Virus record (IMG/VR): IMGVR_UViG_3300037067_015069
Coordinates: 52,981-72,980 of that record
Reading direction: 5' to 3' (one strand)
DNA: 20,000 nucleotides
DNA from: an uncultured virus (IMG/VR IMGVR_UViG_3300037067_015069)
Taxonomy: Duplodnaviria; Heunggongvirae; Uroviricota; Caudoviricetes
Shown: positions 17,001 to 20,000 of the stretch, piece after piece
Layout of the letters: every line of letters starts with the position of its first letter
Position numbering within the stretch: the stretch's first letter is position 1
Notes under the pieces: model-generated
Told to the model about the DNA's origin: nothing
The model's database searches: none
Seen by the model: the letters and a program-made list of their open reading frames with translations, nothing else
Translations under genes and position numbers: made by a program

Positions 17001-17372
17001 ATGATTGTTGAGCAGAGCAACGGTTATCAGGACGTTCAGGTCACTATCCGCAAAACCGAAACCTTCCTTGCCAACGGCTCTTACCCTGGAGACACCTTCT
17101 ATCAGCGTGGGGAATCCGTCTCCCTGACCGAAACCGATCGGAAAATCCTCATAGCTGCTTTTTCTCAGGGTCTCCCTGAAGCGCACCAAAAGAGTTGGGC
17201 TTTGTCCAACGGGCTCACGTTTTCCATTAACGGTAAGGCTAATGGAAACGTTGGGGATTGGAGTATCAGCAAACCCACAGTCAGCAAAATCACAAGAAAG
17301 CCTATCGGCATTGAATTTCTGATTCAGGGATCTTTCCATTTCGAAGAAATGGAAGAAGCTTTGAAGGGCTAA
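17001..17372 (+). CDS. hypothetical protein (123 aa)
   Basis: Strong SD GGAGG before the ATG, and motif copy 2 upstream. Confidence 0.8.
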   Translation: MIVEQSNGYQDVQVTIRKTETFLANGSYPGDTFYQRGESVSLTETDRKILIAAFSQGLPEAHQKSWALSNGLTFSINGKANGNVGDWSISKPTVSKITRKPIGIEFLIQGSFHFEEMEEALKG

Positions 17373-17386
17373 GAGGAGAATTAATT

Positions 17387-17653
17387 ATGCAGTTGACACC
17401 AGATCTTCAAGGTGAGTTGCGCACAGGAAGGTATACAGATTCAGACAAGTCCAGAGACTTGAGTGCTCCTACTCGGACTCGGGTAGGGTGCGTCAATTGT
17501 GGAAAAACTTTTGACTATCTAGAAATAGTAGACTTCGAGTATAAGTATGGCTATGCTCGTTGTCCCCATTGCTGGGAAGTAAGTATTTACCGGATGGCAC
17601 CCTGCGAGCATGAGATACTGTTTAACCGTAGGCGTAACCTCACTGCTTCCTGA
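17387..17653 (+). CDS. small zinc-ribbon protein
   Basis: CVNCG...CPHC pairs and SD GAGGAG. Confidence 0.75.
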   Translation: MQLTPDLQGELRTGRYTDSDKSRDLSAPTRTRVGCVNCGKTFDYLEIVDFEYKYGYARCPHCWEVSIYRMAPCEHEILFNRRRNLTAS

Positions 17654-17667
17654 TAAAAAGGTTTAAA

Positions 17668-18069
17668 ATGACAAAAAAAGTTACGATTCGACTAGACCCA
17701 GCCCACTTAAAAGTCCTCTCTAGGAAAGCTAAAACGCTAGGAATACCTTTAGCTACACATCTCAGGGTCATCCTTGAGAAAAACAGCCCCCTCCCAACCT
17801 CCAGGTACAACGTCCAGATCATTGCAGAAAACCCAGACAGGGAACAACGTTTGGATTTCCTTTTAATGATAGGAGATCATGGTTGCGTTGAACCAGAAAT
17901 TACAATAGACCATGCAAAGGATCAAGTCTTTACCGTAAAAAGTTGGACTGAGCTTTTGGAGGGAGAAAAAGAATTCAAAGCTCCCTTTAGCAAACAAAAA
18001 GCTAGGCTTACTGCTGTCCAACTTTACCCATTTTGCTTCGGCTATAAAATTAAGGTAGTACCAGCATGA
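17668..18069 (+). CDS. protein with N-terminal ribbon-helix-helix domain
   Basis: KKVTIRLDPAHLKVLSRKAKTLGIPLATHLRVIL fits the RHH pattern. ATGA overlap with the macrodomain gene. Confidence 0.7.
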   Translation: MTKKVTIRLDPAHLKVLSRKAKTLGIPLATHLRVILEKNSPLPTSRYNVQIIAENPDREQRLDFLLMIGDHGCVEPEITIDHAKDQVFTVKSWTELLEGEKEFKAPFSKQKARLTAVQLYPFCFGYKIKVVPA

Positions 18070-18557
18070 TACACTATCTAATCGGAGACGCAACCTGTCC
18101 AACAGGACCCCAGGAACAACCCAAAATCATTGCACATATAGTTAACGACAAAGGCGGTTGGGGAGCCGGTTTTGTTCTAGCTCTTTCCAAAAAATGGAAG
18201 GAGCCTGAAGAAGAATATAGAAACTGGGCCGCGGACACTAAACCCCTACCCCTCGGTTATGTCCAATTTGTATACCCCGAAAACCACAAGTTGGCAATAG
18301 CCAATATGGTTGCCCAGCATGGCTACGGAACGGCGCTCCAGCCTCCTATCCGCTACCAGGCACTACGGAAGTGCCTCTATGCAGTAAACTTGATTGCAAA
18401 GCAATATGGGGCTACTGTCCACATGCCTAGGATTGGATGTGGTCTAGCGGGCGGGACCTGGGATGAGGTTTCTAAAATTATTGAAGAAGAAATGCCTGAT
18501 TTAGAAGTGTTTGTCTACGACCTAGCAACAACAGCAAGTCTTACCTTCCTCACATAA
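18066..18557 (+). CDS. macrodomain protein (Poa1p/TARG1/DarG-like ADP-ribose processing class)
   Basis: YLIGDAT, IIAHIVND.GGWGAGFV.AL, IANMVAQHG and VHMPRIGCGLAGG.W..V..II motifs. Confidence 0.92.
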   Translation: MIHYLIGDATCPTGPQEQPKIIAHIVNDKGGWGAGFVLALSKKWKEPEEEYRNWAADTKPLPLGYVQFVYPENHKLAIANMVAQHGYGTALQPPIRYQALRKCLYAVNLIAKQYGATVHMPRIGCGLAGGTWDEVSKIIEEEMPDLEVFVYDLATTASLTFLT

Positions 18558-18767
18558 AGTCCTACAGGAATCCTCAAAAGTACAAGCAATCTGCATAAAA
18601 GATTCCTCATCCTCTGGATGAGGAGCTAAACACACAAGATCTCCAGTTACTGTAGTCTCCATCTTCTCACACAAATCCCAACTCTTTTCGTTATTATAAC
18701 GACAATTAGTGGGATCTGGACCGCAAGAAAAAAGAAATAAAGCTAAAAGAATTAGGAGAGGTTTCAT
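18522..18767 (-). CDS. Cys-rich lipoprotein (81 aa)
   Basis: MKPLLILLALFLFS-C signal peptide with lipobox. Eight further Cys in the mature part, ending CCC. Confidence 0.7.
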   Translation of the reverse strand: MKPLLILLALFLFSCGPDPTNCRYNNEKSWDLCEKMETTVTGDLVCLAPHPEDEESFMQIACTFEDSCRTLCEEGKTCCCC

Positions 18768-18772
18768 GCTGA

Positions 18773-19228
18773 TCACACATAATTCCAAGGCATGGACTCT
18801 AAACTATAATTTCCGGTTAATATCTCGGGCATTGTGCTTTTCCGAACATAAGCACCGATCATAGTTGAGTACCCCTCATAATAACTAGCCCAACGCTCAT
18901 CCTGGGGCTTCCATTTTTGAGCTTGTGCTAGAGGGCTTTCCCCACTAGATAAAAATTCTCGGTAAACCTCTACGGTAGCACTATAAGTTCCAACCACACT
19001 ATTTTCTTGTGCCACCACAACTGGACAAACTACTGTAAAAAGATAAGGTACTCCGTGTTTCCCCCCAGTAGTGCTTTTCGGAGGGCCTTGAACCTTGCCT
19101 TTTGACAAAATTAAAGATAAAGAAAAACAAAGTTTATGTTTTTCTGCGGATTCCCGTAACATAGGAACCAAAAGTTTTCTTAGTTCTGGTTGTTCGTGGG
19201 CAAGTTTGGCGAGTTTATCGTGAAGCAT
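18773..19228 (-). CDS. hypothetical protein (151 aa)
   Basis: SD AGGAGG 6 nt before the ATG. N-terminal helical motif LHDKLAKLAHEQPELRKLLVPML. Confidence 0.8.
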   Translation of the reverse strand: MLHDKLAKLAHEQPELRKLLVPMLRESAEKHKLCFSLSLILSKGKVQGPPKSTTGGKHGVPYLFTVVCPVVVAQENSVVGTYSATVEVYREFLSSGESPLAQAQKWKPQDERWASYYEGYSTMIGAYVRKSTMPEILTGNYSLESMPWNYV

Positions 19229-19364
19229 ACAATCCTCCTACACTAAGGATTGTATTATAAACAGATTAAAAATTTCCTCTGGCGGTGCTATGGTTTCAAT
19301 AATTCCCCTTCTTTGCAGAAGAAGAAAAAGTTCAAGACAACAGGAGATCCTATAAAAGGAAAAA

Positions 19365-19441
19365 TGGTGGGCTCTCCCGGAATTGAACCGAGGCGCGATC
19401 GGTTATGAGCCGACTGCTCTACCTAGCTGAGCTAAGAGCCC
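19365..19441 (-). tRNA. tRNA with CAT anticodon, probably tRNA-Ile2 (lysidine type), possibly elongator Met
   Basis: Cloverleaf GGGCTCT-TA-GCTC-AGCTAGGTA-GAGC-A-GTCGG-CTCATAA-CCGAT-CGCGC-CTCGG-TTCAATT-CCGGG-AGAGCCC-A-CCA with encoded CCA. G1-C72 is paired, so it is not an initiator. Confidence 0.95.
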
Positions 19442-19449
19442 AAAGGATG

Positions 19450-19710
19450 TTAGCCACAAACGTTAAAAACGTTAAATCCGTACCCAGTCACATGAAACTC
19501 AACCTCAGGATGACCTGATCCAATGCCACCCCGAGTGACAAGCTGCCCAGGAAGAGAGAAAGTAGAGACCTCCCAACCTTCCTTGCGCAGCCTCTTCACC
19601 TCAGCATTGCGAGCCTGCCGCGCGGCTGCCTGACCTTCCTTACGGTCCCAGGTGTACCAACCAGCATCCCAGGAAAAACAAAAATCAACCGGACAGTAAA
19701 TTCGCTGCAT
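19450..19710 (-). CDS. hypothetical protein (86 aa)
   Basis: SD GAGGAGG and motif copy 3 upstream. Stop is 8 nt before the tRNA 5' end. Confidence 0.8.
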   Translation of the reverse strand: MQRIYCPVDFCFSWDAGWYTWDRKEGQAAARQARNAEVKRLRKEGWEVSTFSLPGQLVTRGGIGSGHPEVEFHVTGYGFNVFNVCG

Positions 19711-19733
19711 GTCTGTTTCCTCCTCTGAGAATC

Positions 19734-19760
19734 CTACTCAGAAAGGAATTCAACTAAGCC
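19734..19760 (-). promoter_or_regulatory. GGCTTAG-N16-GTAG motif, copy 3
   Basis: Minus strand GGCTTAG (19760-19754) and GTAG (19737-19734), followed by GATTCTCAGAGGAGG and the ATG at 19710. Confidence 0.7.
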
Positions 19761-19767
19761 AGATATT

Positions 19768-20000
19768 CTAGGCACCAAATTTTCTAATCACGCTGTAATA
19801 ACCTTCCAGCATCTGATCAAAACCATTCTGGTATAACTTTGCTTTCTGCTTAAGGCTTTCATAATGATCCAGAAAAAACCTACCACGCTCCCACAAATCC
19901 TCTGGGGACAACTCAGGAATCTCCTGCTCAAACAGAAACATCTTACTGTCTGGAATAGGTACCCCGGAACACACTTGCTCAGAAAGACCCCCGCTATCCG
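19768..20000 (-). CDS. hypothetical protein, 5'-truncated by the window edge
   Basis: The frame stays open from the GTG at 19974 to the window end (…DSGGLSEQV…). Confidence 0.6.
   Translation of the reverse strand, partial: DSGGLSEQVCSGVPIPDSKMFLFEQEIPELSPEDLWERGRFFLDHYESLKQKAKLYQNGFDQMLEGYYSVIRKFGA

Noticed and set aside
532..18102. Short antisense or alternate-frame ORFs (e.g. 532-747, 722-925, 1111-1326, 2703-2912, 4164-4433, 5269-5490, 8190-8447, 10909-11172, 14088-14318, 16718-16999, 16956-17339, 17863-18102)
   Set aside because: They overlap better-supported genes and have no recognisable motifs or ribosome-binding sites.
19724..19742. Hairpin TCTGAG-N7-CTCAGA as a terminator
   Set aside because: Only a 6-bp stem with no U-tract, and it overlaps the GTAG element of motif copy 3. 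It is more likely part of the promoter/RBS region or chance.
1..20000. CRISPR array, IS element or integrase
   Set aside because: No regularly spaced direct repeats, transposase or recombinase motifs, or terminal inverted repeats were seen.

Overview
The window looks like part of a large myovirus (jumbo-phage-like) genome. The left part (about 2.6-12.9 kb, minus strand) is a virion morphogenesis operon with putative neck/head-closure and tail-completion genes, an FmdB-type zinc-ribbon gene and a very large (about 1,790 aa) tail sheath with repeated inserted domains. Directly downstream of the sheath is a free-standing, multi-zinc-finger endonuclease gene. Its upstream region is a perfect TTGACA-N17-TATAAT promoter embedded in a 15-bp inverted repeat that also covers the ribosome-binding site. 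The right part (12.9-20 kb) is an accessory region with thyX, a wHTH/RHH regulator, two tandem GIY-YIG-superfamily genes, a tandem paralog pair, a CinA/PncC NMN deamidase, a macrodomain protein, a Cys-rich lipoprotein and a tRNA with a CAT anticodon. A recurrent non-sigma70 motif, GGCTTAG-N16-GTAG, sits upstream of three accessory transcription units. All protein assignments come from motif recognition by eye; no database searches were run.
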